Shown piece by piece: positions 14,101 to 24,325 of a stretch of DNA of 64,000 nucleotides. The stretch comes from Rhina ancylostomus. Its lineage: Eukaryota. Every line of letters begins with the position of its first letter. Position 1 is the first letter of the stretch. The notes under the pieces were generated by a model that was given only the letters and a program-made list of their open reading frames with translations, was not told the DNA's origin and searched no databases. The DNA lies in assembly GCA_030265395.1 (NCBI GenBank), contig JARFYF010000104.1, forward strand, positions 76,344,065 through 76,408,064, read 5' to 3'. A program made the translations under genes and the position numbers.

Positions 14101-15187
14101 GGATTAAATTCACTTTCGAGTCACCTTAAAAATATTTTTTAAAAACATCGTCGCGCAACTTTAGTCTATTGTAGTTTTGCATTCACAAAGGAAAGCAAAT
14201 TCCCAAACAACGGCTTCCTCTTTAGATTCATTTATTAAATAAACTTAAATAACTATTTTTTGTAAAAGTAGAAATAAATGTTTGGCAAAAGACATACATC
14301 GACTACTTTTGGTTTGCTGAATTTGCTGCTAAGTTATTTAAAACAAAGTTCATTTAAATGGAACCAGCTGTGTTTTCCCTCTGCAAAATGTAGTGATCTT
14401 AAAGAAATCTGTNNNNNNNNNNNNCTTGTATTCTAATACAAATTTATTAAAAGGTGGAATGATTAGTTGCGACTGCTCCAGCGTATCGTGTAATAATGGC
14501 ATGAAAAATGCGCAGCACAACTTCAAAAAATCAATTGCTGAGCAAAACCTCACAGAAATGGAAATAAGTCATCTTTTGCGATATGTTTTAACAAATTAAC
14601 AGTCTGTAAGAATGCGATAAAATAGTAAACTTTGTAAGGAAAGCGAAAAGACGGCGAACTAAGGTGGGTAGCAAACGGATCTTGCCAAAGAGATCAGAAG
14701 TTGTTATTTTTACTTTTGTTTTTTTAAATACTAGATTACAAATAGATGGACATTCGTATTATAGGCCCTCATATAAAACAGTTGACTACAAGCTCCTGTG
14801 AGATGGTGGCTAAATATTACCCTTCTATCCAAATCTCGTACCTTGATAAGTATGCTCCGATGCACTTTATTGTAACATTGAACACTAGAGATACTTGTAC
14901 CTCTCACTCTTGGTAAGACCACAGGACCAGCATGGTAAAGTGCTCTTGTACTGTTTATTCCTTTCTCCGTAAACACGACGCCCTTGTTAGTTTAGACAGC
15001 GCTAATACACTGTGGCGAAAAAGCCTCTGATGCGATCCACATGACGGTACACAAGACTAAGCCGGGAGCAAACTGGAGTACGGTGTGTGTGTATATGTGT
15101 GTGTTATGTGTGAAAAGGTCGGGTTGCTTTTTTGTTCATTGGCGGGGTGGTGATGGTGGGGGGAACATAACAACATCTTGACGGAAA

Positions 15188-15198
15188 GAAGTAGGTCA
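15188..15198 (+). promoter_or_regulatory. RORE/RRE (ROR/REV-ERB site) GAAGTAGGTCA in intron 1
   Basis: 10/11 match to WAWNTRGGTCA, inside the CpG island. Confidence 0.5.
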
Positions 15199-15820
15199 GT
15201 GGAACACATGACACCGACCGATTGACTCTGTCCACAGTCCCAGCACGAACACAGGGCCTCAGAGCATCCTTCACACTGACCGCATGTTCAAAAATGCGGT
15301 GACACAATTCAGTATGGAAACAGCGAGGAAACTGGATATATTTATAAAAAGTTCACCAACTACCCGACCAAAATGAAACAAAACACACCGACATCTGCCA
15401 ACCAAGCGATATATCCCTTCCTTCATATATGCCATTTCCCACTTCAATTCGACACAATTCTGATCCTATGCTAATCGCATTTGGACCCCAAATGCCGAAT
15501 TTTGCTGGCATAAGACGTCTTGATTTTAAAAAGTATATATTTTTTTTCTCATCATCTCAATTATTTAAATCAGACCTCAAAGCTGAAATTACAAGAAGTT
15601 CTCTGCTCGGAGTAAAAAGGAACACAGCCGGTGCTACACTGTAATGGGTGAAGAATGCCAAGCACTGCAACCATCTCTGGAAGCCCTGTCACAGATTCGT
15701 TCAAAAGTAGCCTACTGTAGTAAACAAAACTGATGTGACAGCTTGCCCAGCTCCCGCCTCCTGGACTCGTCAGATCTCAGATGCAATGGAGCATATTACC
15801 AGCGATCATCAAAGTTTGAT

Positions 15821-15830
15821 GTTACATAAA
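15821..15830. promoter_or_regulatory. D-box (PAR-bZIP/NFIL3 site) GTTACATAA in proximal intron 1
   Basis: Reverse complement of TTATGTAA, ~200 bp downstream of the donor, inside the CpG island. Confidence 0.45.
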
Positions 15831-16025
15831 ACGCACAGCATTATTTAGAGCGCTGAGCCCTGCACAGGGAAGCCAGGAAATAATAGTTTGAAGCCACCAT
15901 CCATTCAGACACCCTTTAAATCTAGATTCAGGCTGGTTTACACTCGGGATATATTGCACGCGTGGTCGTCCTCCCCGCTCCACCCACCACAGTATTTGTC
16001 CAGCAACTCCCAGACGATCTCTTAC

Positions 16026-16032
16026 CTCGCAT
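16026..16032 (-). CDS. RORB: First coding micro-exon (ATG CGA G, M-R-[A]) of a ROR-family nuclear receptor (NR1F), most likely RORB; the remainder (AQIEVIPCKICG...) expected beyond position 1
   Basis: Minus strand reads gtcGCCACC-ATG-CGA-G|GTAAGA: Kozak GCCACC upstream context plus a consensus donor at 16025, in the only CpG-rich region. RORB isoform 1 starts MRAQIEV with a 7-nt first coding exon. The leader block GTGAAATTCACAT..GGATGTCATGTGAAA..CACATGCTC resembles my recollection of the human RORB 5' UTR (not BLAST-verified). A RORC-type paralog with an MRA start cannot be excluded. Confidence 0.75.
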
Positions 16033-16265
16033 GGTGGCGACTTCAAATGCAAAACGACCATGAATTTATATCAAAACCAAACGCTCCGCGAGAAGAGAAG
16101 CGGCGGCTAGAAGGCGATAAAAAGGCTGTCAGTAGCTTGCTCTCCCACCATTGCTCATTCTCCCCCCTCGGTCTGTTATTACTGTTCCGTTAGCGCTCCG
16201 AATCTGAATGGAGCATGTGGCCTTTCACATGACATCCGCGCCGTTCATCCGTATGTGAATTTCAC
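16033..16265 (-). other. 5' UTR of exon 1 of the ROR-family gene (TSS estimated at ~16255-16265)
   Basis: Lies between the TATA-like box (16285-16293) and the Kozak ATG; CpG-rich; contains 7 upstream ATGs. Confidence 0.6.
16214..16231. promoter_or_regulatory. Paired E-box variants CATGTG-N6-CACATG (second is an M-box, GTCATGTGA on minus)
   Basis: CATGTG at 16214-16219 and CACATG at 16226-16231, 6-bp spacer. Confidence 0.45.
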
Positions 16266-16284
16266 CGGGAGAGAGTGGGGGAGC

Positions 16285-16349
16285 TTCTTATAGCAGCCAG
16301 ATTATTCTGTCACTTCCAGCTCCTCCCACTGACCAACAGCGACCAATCA
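16285..16349 (-). promoter_or_regulatory. Core promoter: TATA-like CTATAAGAA (16293-16285, minus) and CCAAT box GACCAATCA (16341-16349)
   Basis: Motifs read directly; CCAAT lies ~50 bp upstream of the TATA, typical of an NF-Y/TATA Pol II promoter facing the Kozak ATG. Confidence 0.6.
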
Positions 16350-17267
16350 TTGTCAAGAGCACACAGGGAAAATACAGTAAATAAATAACACAGAATGTAA
16401 AATAACCTTCACTTGTAAGAGAATTATTTTACCAAGCTCGTCCTCACAATAGTAAAATATCAGATGATTTTTCATGATCACCCTTCTCTATATTTAGTGT
16501 CTTCTTACTGTGTTATTTATTTTACACAGGCACTTGCACACAAATAGATTTTAAGAGCGTTTTATTATAATTGGTAAAGACAGTTCTCAGTCCTTTTACC
16601 AGATTTGCAAAGTGAATAATCAAGTGCCTCCAACTGAGGCTACGCGAGGCCAGGAAATGATGTGTCCTTTCAAATTATAAGTTTACTTAACATTTCAGTT
16701 TGTAAGGCAGGAAAATAATTTCACGGCTCTGCAGTTCTTGGCGCGAGAAGTGAAGCTGTCTTTGGACTTGACTTAAATAGNNNNNNNNNNNNNNNNNNNN
16801 NNNNNNNNNNNNNNNNNNNNNNNNNNNNNNNNNNNNNNNNNNNNNNNNNNNNNNNNNNNNNNNNNNNNNNNNNNNNNNNNNNNNNNNNNNNNNNNNNNNN
16901 NNTGGGGAACGAGATGGAATATTAAACTACTGGAAGACGGTGAAATAAAAAAAGATCGGAATTAACTTATGTGCAGAGTGTGGAGCGTTGAAAACTGGCA
17001 TTGATCCAAATTTGCAACAATTCAGACACGGCAATCTAACCACATCAGGAAAAATGCAATGTGAAAATTAAACTATTATACAACCATGGTTGTTAATAAT
17101 TATTCAACCCTATTGATTAATCTCCTTCATTAATACATTGTTATATATCTTCACATGTAAAACGTGAAAACTCCAATTTGAATACATTAAATATAAGGCT
17201 GTTTCCCCAACGTTAACATTTACAGTACAAGGAACTCATTTAGCTGGCACGTAGGAGAACCATTCAA

Positions 17268-17560
17268 AGTAAAAAGGAAGAACTTGCACTGATAACTTAC
17301 AACTTTAGAGCATCGAAAATTGCTTTGAAGCTAATGAAGCACTTTCGAGATATGGTTACTGTTGTATTCTGAGATACAGCAAACTACCTGCACACCAGGT
17401 CCCACAAACAGCAAAGTGATAATCCATATAACCCAACTAAACGGTATTGGATAAAGAAAATATTTGCAGAACTTGCTTGGTTTTCTTCAAAATGGAGCAA
17501 TGCAATCTTTTATGTCCAACTGAGAATACAGGTATAGATTTGGTTTAACATTTCATCAAA
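17268..17560 (-). mobile_element. Deu-domain SINE ~1 kb upstream of the promoter
   Basis: gaacttgca..gctttgaagctaatgaagcactt..cccacaaacagcaa..atcttttatgtccaactgag..ggtttaacatttcatc. Confidence 0.7.
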
Positions 17561-20129
17561 TTATATCACAATCTTAATGTTTCTCTACCCATATCATCAT
17601 ATTGAAGCTTACAAATAAAGACATCCAGTGTTACATTGAAAATAAATATGAATATATGTCACTGATTTTAGAATCCATAAATGTAGAATGTAAAGAAATA
17701 AGTGACTATGTTTTGGGGATTTATCCATATATCTAAAAGTATTACAAAAATACTCATTTCTGTTTTATTTCTCTCAGTCCATAGAACAAGGATCTGGGCA
17801 GTGAGATAAAATGTTTTTACTCCAAAACATAAAACATGGTCCAAGAGTGCACATTGTTCAGACATCTTATCTAATTGCTAGGGAGAGGTCATTAATAAAG
17901 AACAAAACCCGCACTGATTGTGTGTAAAATATCTATCTGATTCTTTCAATTCTTAATTGAATTGTCCATTGCAGGTAAAGACAATTGCATTTATTTAATA
18001 GATACTAACAAATGCAAATGTTTGCAATATTTTAAGCATGAATTACAATCGTCTAACTTAGTTCTCGTGAACTTTTGCACTAGTGTAAAAATTCATTCTA
18101 TTATAATTTTGCCTTGCCCATGAAGCAGCCCAGGTTCCAAATCAAAAGTAACACTATTGCAATTTTTCATCAATGGCACTTATTTGTGGATGTTCAAGGA
18201 GATGCTTGCTATTTAACTTTTCCTTTAGACGCAGGGACAATCTTTTAAAGCTTATAAATATTAATTTTAAAAGCATGCACTGATTTAACTTGCAAATGAT
18301 CCCATCCAGTTTCCTAAAAGTTATTTTAAGATTTTTTATTGGATATGGTGGATGCTTATTTTTTTGTGACACGAGTACTTTCAGCTGTATTAATAGGAAC
18401 ACATAAGACAGCCTTCCTAAATATATCAAGGAATACCTTTGATGCAACTTTTAAAAAAGTTATAATCTAAAGTGTTTCCTGATTATGCTGTCACATGGTA
18501 AGTTTTCTATTCAGTGATTTCCAAATAAGAGAAAATTTAAGAAGATAAAAACTAGCATGATTTCGAGCACTCTTTATAACTGAACTACCAATTGTGCCCA
18601 AACCAATACTTTTAGCTTTCAATCTCCAGTTTATTTCTATGCAACTTCACAAGTCATATCATAATGCCTTGGGCCAATTCACGGGAAATGCAAGAATTAA
18701 AGTGGTGAAATTGGAATGTGAGCAGTAACCCATTTATTTTTTAGTATCTTTCACCTTCTTTTTAACCTCTGGACATTTTGTGCTTTTGTGGGTGAGGCCT
18801 AACCCCTAACCCACTTAAACCCACATAAATGTTTGCATTTGTCCAGATAGCTTGCCAAAGGAACCACGGATAGGAACTGGGCATTGTTTTTAGGTTATTA
18901 TTCCAACCATTTACAAATCCTCTAGTTATTGGAGACTGGAGAACATACCACAATAGATTGTGACTGCCAAAAGAAAATTCTTAAATGGTCATCAATAAAG
19001 TGAATAAGCAAAATTAGCAACAAAAATTCATTTACCTCAAATTATTTTCCACACCCAGGTACCACCTCACTAGAGTTTAAAAATTGCAGTAGAAACCAAA
19101 GCATAAATAATTTTCTTATGTAATGGTTCCTTTATTGTTCCACTATTTATCAAAGCTAACTAGCTTTAACATCTATTTCAAAGCTTCAAGATAAACCTCT
19201 TTGATTTAGAAAAGTTAGGCTGATAAATGTTTTCACATCTGAGAAAGTTCAAATGAATTTAACTGTTAACAATATAAAGATTGAAACAAATTGCAAGTGG
19301 CTGTAAATTGGTTTGATCCACTTTAGTAGGAGGAATGGTTGGAGTCTAAGCATTTGTCAGAATTCCAGGACTTGAGGCCCACCTTCGGCAAGTTGTTTTC
19401 TGAAGTTTTTCTCTAACTTTGGCTAGAAACAACCTTGGTTAAGTACTGGGAATGAAGAGGAAAAGGAGAGAAATTTAGCACAGATTAGAATTGATGAATG
19501 ACATTACTTTAGGATTAAAAGAAGCACTCCTAACTCTACCAAGAGTAGAAGGCCTGAGTAGGTCATTCTCCATTCAATACCTCTTTTTCCAGAATGTATC
19601 TTAAAAGATGTTTTAATCAAATAACTAACATATTCAAAAGATTTAATAGTTATTTAATTTGCCCGTAAGAGAAGACACATCTACAATACTATTGGATACC
19701 TTACCAATGTCCTTTGTTGTAGTAGACAGAACAGTGAAAGTTCCCTTTTTTGTTTGCATTGATAAGCAGACACAGCAGGTCCAATTTCTTCCTTCTGAGT
19801 CTTAGATTCTTCCTCAGTCCACCTATGACGAAATGACTGCAGTTGCAGAAACAAGTCTTTGAAAAATGATCTGAAACATTCTCCTCATATGAATAAAGTT
19901 GGGTTTAACAATTATGTGCATTGCTGGCATTAAAGAAGTTAAATATATGACTTAAATACTTCATTTTCCTTACAACTTACTGTTCATATTTTGCAAATTA
20001 TCCAAGATTCCATCCCTGATTTCAAGAGTTATATCAAAGATTTTATGATTACCTGCAGTTAATTTGTCAAATTAAGCAGAATCTCACTAATTCTCTTGAA
20101 TTTGCAGTCTCTACAGAGAGTAGACCACT

Positions 20130-20285
20130 CACGAAGACACCTATAGTTATCCCTCAGACATTATCCCCCCAAAACCAGCTATCAGTCAATGTGCCATTGC
20201 CATTTGTGGAATCTTGCCATGCAGAAATTAGCTATCACATTTCCAATATTACGATAGTAATGGAAATTCATTATTTCTTCCATTT
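20130..20285 (+). mobile_element. Deu-domain SINE 3' part
   Basis: cattgccatttgtggaatcttgccatgcagaaattagct. Confidence 0.5.
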
Positions 20286-21839
20286 ATTTTGTCAAACTTA
20301 TCTGGTACGGTACAGTAAATCTTCACATAAGAACATAGAACTGAAGTATAGCATTGCTCACATTGGCACTGACAGGGAATCTGAAAAGAACTAAAATTTC
20401 TGCCATGTTAAAATCAAATAAGTTGTAACACAGTGTATTTTCACTGGAAATGTGCATTTGGATGCAGAACACAACAAAACATAAATATTTGTTTTAACTG
20501 CACATTGTGATGTTCCAATGTAGGTATTTCAGAACTGAATGCAAGAACAATCTGCTTTTAGCATAACTAGCCTTAAACGAGCTGTAGTAAAAAGTGGATT
20601 GGTGTTGTCATGGTGGGTATATATTGGCAGTGCTCTGAGGTACTGTAAGCATTTTCAGTTACACATGTGATCATACATTGATTTTCAATTAATACAATTA
20701 CATCTTATAAATTGTGACCATGCAAGTATTAAAGCCTAGGTCTTAAATAATATACTCAGCTGTGCTATTCTTCAAATGATCACCACACAGTGGTACTGAA
20801 TCTTGGTCCAGTGACAGTTCATATTAAATAATGATGATAGGTGGAAGCTGGAAAAGTTATTTTATTCTTTTTCATATCCTGTTATAAATGGTTCCAAATG
20901 ATTGCATAAGATTTTTGGGATAAAAGCAACTGTTTGATTATTGCTCTTGCTCTATATGTCCATTCAAATAGCAATTCTTGAAAGCTTTATCTTTTTGATT
21001 ACTTATTTATGAATAATTTTAAGGTATCATAATTTTGCAGTTTGTTTTCTAAGGCATCCCCAATCTCAGAGTACAACTGGACTGCATTTACATGGCATTA
21101 TAGAATTATGACTTGTACCACTTGCACAGATTCCTCATGTAGCAGGTAATATGATTTATATCTTAATGTTGTAATACTCACTATTAAACATTCTGATCAT
21201 TATCATCAGACAAAACCTCAGAATATAATGAAAACATTTTTAATAAGACAACATTAATACTGTTCATTTTGCGAGATTTGATTAATATATCCCCAGAATT
21301 TCACTTTACCCTTGGCTGCCTTATTTTTTAAATTAATGCACTGGGAACTAAATAGACTGGTGGGTCAAGCTTGCTGGACCCAAGTTCAAATCCAGTCCAG
21401 ATGAATGTAATGCAATACTCATCTTGCTGTTAGGTATAAAGTTCCTAAATGAAATAAGTTTGACCCAGTCCTAACTCCAATCTGCTGTGGGATTGGGTCT
21501 GTGGTAACTACATTGGTTATGATCATGGCTTGCATTTCATCATGTAGCAAGTGCAGGCATAGTAACAAATTTCTAAGGTGAGNNNNNNNNNNNNNNNNNN
21601 NNNNNNNNNNNNNNNNNNNNNNNNNNNNNNNNNNNNNNNNNNNNNNNNNNNNNNNNNNNNNNNNNNNNNNNNNNNNNNNNNNGTAACAAATTTCTAAGGT
21701 CAGCTGAATTTGAGAAGGCTTCTCCAAAATCCTTATCAATTTACTGAACTGAAAAATCTTGTGAGATTGGATTAGGCCATGTACAATGGTTCATGATGCT
21801 CCTGATATTTTTGTTGGATTTATCACACAGCAAAGAACA

Positions 21840-22520
21840 TATCCATTGTGCATCTCATTGGATGGAGTCTGTACTGTGATCCCAGGATGGGTGATTTGCC
21901 ACTGGGAGGGCATGGTTGAAGAGAACAACTTTCTCTGTGGCTGAGAGTGGGGGCAGATGGGGACAGTTTGTAATGACCACAATTAACATCTCCTTTCTTG
22001 CAGATGCTTAGAAAACCTCTGAGATCCCTTGGCTTGCACTGATAAAGGAAACAACATCATGGATTCATAGCAGAAGTAATTCTCTGCCATGTTTTAATAA
22101 TTCAGCAGGGCTGTTTCCTTATAGTGCTTCACCTGTTGGATGGCCTTTTCAACCTTTTCCTAGGCTGCAATAGCATCAAGATTCTGGTGAATTGTGTGCT
22201 GTAGAATGGAATAATGAGCACCTGCAACAAGAACAAAGTCTTAGTTGTGGAATTGTTTAAAGCATTCCTTCCAATGACCACTGACTGAGTGTATCCTTGA
22301 AAAGCACTTCTCCAATCTTGAATTTCAAGAGGGTGGATCTTTGGATCCTTGAACTGTGGATTATCTTCCAATCCTTTTCTATCAAACTATTTACGACACA
22401 ATTTCTCTTCTTCATGTTAGCTCATTATGTCAAAGAATTCTCTCCTCAAGTACTGTCTTCTCCCCTTCAAATCATTCCAATATCTCCATGTGCCAGTTCT
22501 TCTTGGCATAAAACTGAAGG
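21840..22520 (-). mobile_element. Degraded RTE-clade LINE fragment
   Basis: Minus-strand translation near 22160-22020 gives EKVEKAIQQVKHYK..(shift)..ELLKHGRELLLL*IHDVV, like the RTE ORF motif EVEKAIxQLKxxK..AELLKHGG. Confidence 0.55.
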
Positions 22521-22879
22521 CTAGATGGGAAGTGCATGTAGACCCTCTCTTCATCATGTCAGTGCTCCATTGCTGGAGCAGATAGTCCAATGTGTAAGTA
22601 TCTGACCTCTAGTCATCTTGGATTCCTGTCATCCACTGTGAATGTGTAGAAATCTGAGACATGCTAAAGGATGGTAGCCAATGGTTCATTTCAGAAACCC
22701 TCAGCATCAGCTAACAACATTCAGACTATTATTGAATGAATGAAGACTTATATCTTTTATAAATAAATTTGTTATGCATATTTCATAGAGAAAAAAATGT
22801 GAGGATCAAAGCTAGTAAAATCTATAATAGCAGTAGTGTCTGTTACACCCATAGATGGTACCAATAGGGGTCAGAAATT

Positions 22880-22955
22880 CATAGAATCACAGAATTATAT
22901 AGCTTTGAAACAGACCATTTGGCTCAACTTGTCCATGCCAACCAGTGGGCACAGA
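22880..22955 (-). mobile_element. CR1 3' tail
   Basis: catagaatcacagaattata..gaaacagaccatttggctcaacttgtccatgccaacc. Confidence 0.6.
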
Positions 22956-24194
22956 TTTTATGCTGTGGTTGTCTGATTTTATGTTGTGATTATGTGAGTG
23001 AAGTACTTTATCTATTTATTTTAATTGTGTTTTAATTAACTATGCTTAGATAACTTTGCTGTCTGTTTCAAATATTTTTCCCTTGGATGTGTTTTAGGCC
23101 ATCTGCTCACTTCTCTCATTGGCTTCAGCTACACTGGAAGTTTAGTTAACTTTTTATTTCTAACAATGTAAGATTTTGTTTTGGGGGTGGCTGTCCTTTA
23201 TCTGCCAGCATAGAGAAACAGTAATGAAGAAAAAGGGAGTTAAGCAGAAATGAAGGAGGCTAGTAAGGATTACAAGGTAAAGTATTTCGGACAAACTTGC
23301 TCAACCTACTGATAATGTTATCCTAAGCCAGCCTTCGTTGGATACAATCACAGTACTTCAAGAGAAGGGCTCTGATATGCAGATAAATAATTTAAATCCT
23401 TTGCACATTTATGTACTTAAAGTACCAATAAATTCCAATGGATTTTTGAAGGAAAATTTATTGAANNNNNNNNNNNNNNNNNNACTCTTTAGTCTATTTA
23501 TTGGAAGCAGTTGGGAAGAAATATAAATAGATTAAAGTAAGTTTTTTTAGCCTTTGGTTTAATTCCCTGCCAGCCTGGTGTTATTTTAAGTATTTTGCGT
23601 GTTCTTGTTTATTCTTATCTGATCTGGGTGGTAGTATGTTGTACGAAAACACCTATGGCTAGAAATTGAATTTTAACACTAATGCTAACTCAAATACCTA
23701 TCAAAAATTTGTGAAATGGGGCAAAAATCCATCCAAAGCTCCTTTATGGCTTTTGTACACAGAACCATTGGGAAAGTGAGCCAAATACAGTGCCCAGTGA
23801 GGACTGCATGAGAAACTTACTGTTATCTCATCAATGCTGCATTGTCCTCCAGAAAGCAAATCAGAGCTTAAAGATCTGAGAAAATTGTGAGTTAAGGGAA
23901 AATGTGGGGAAGGGGGACATGTTGATCTCCTGTGTTTCTGGACACCTCCCATGCAATGGTTTGGTCCAATTGACTCCTGTTCTGCGAGTAGCCCCAAGAC
24001 ATTGCAAGGTACAGGGTGATCAAGGGCTAGTGATCATAGCATGCAATTCAGTGCAAATACCATAACAGATGTTAGCAGTGAAGAGACCCTACTAAATTAT
24101 TTTCCATAGTGATAGTCATTCCAAACTGAGGATGATGGATTCTGTGTACAAAGCATTGACGTCATAGTGAAGACCATTTACTTATAGGGTTGAG

Positions 24195-24325
24195 TTGAGT
24201 CCAAATGCAGGGTCCCAAAACATCGACAATTCCTTTCCCTCCACAGATGCTGCTTGACCCATTGAATTCCTCCAGCAGATTGTTTGTTGCTCTGGACTCT
24301 AGGACCTGCAGTCTCTTGTGTTTCC
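24195..24325 (+). mobile_element. Penelope-derived tail
   Basis: ccacagatgctgcttgacccattgaattcctccagcag, same family as 35930-35971. Confidence 0.75.

Larger units (their letters stand above)
1..16025 (-). other. Intron 1 of the ROR-family gene (continues beyond the window)
   Basis: Starts at the GT donor (16025); no AQIEVIPC-encoding exon seen on the minus strand, though N gaps could hide sequence. Confidence 0.65.
14140..16760. promoter_or_regulatory. CpG-retaining (probably unmethylated) island covering the promoter, exon 1 and proximal intron 1
   Basis: Frequent CG dinucleotides (e.g. atcgtcgcgc ~14147, cacgcgtggtcg 15957, ccgcgccg 16236, ggcgcgag 16740) against strong CpG depletion elsewhere; no recognisable TEs. 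Confidence 0.75.

Noticed and set aside
14731-15307. Minus-strand ORFs as possible exon 2
   Set aside because: No C4 zinc-finger or AQIEVIPC sequence and no convincing splice sites.
15822-16193. 79-aa minus and 101-aa plus ORFs over the CpG island
   Set aside because: No recognisable protein features. The minus ORF reads through the splice donor and is better treated as an overlapping uORF.
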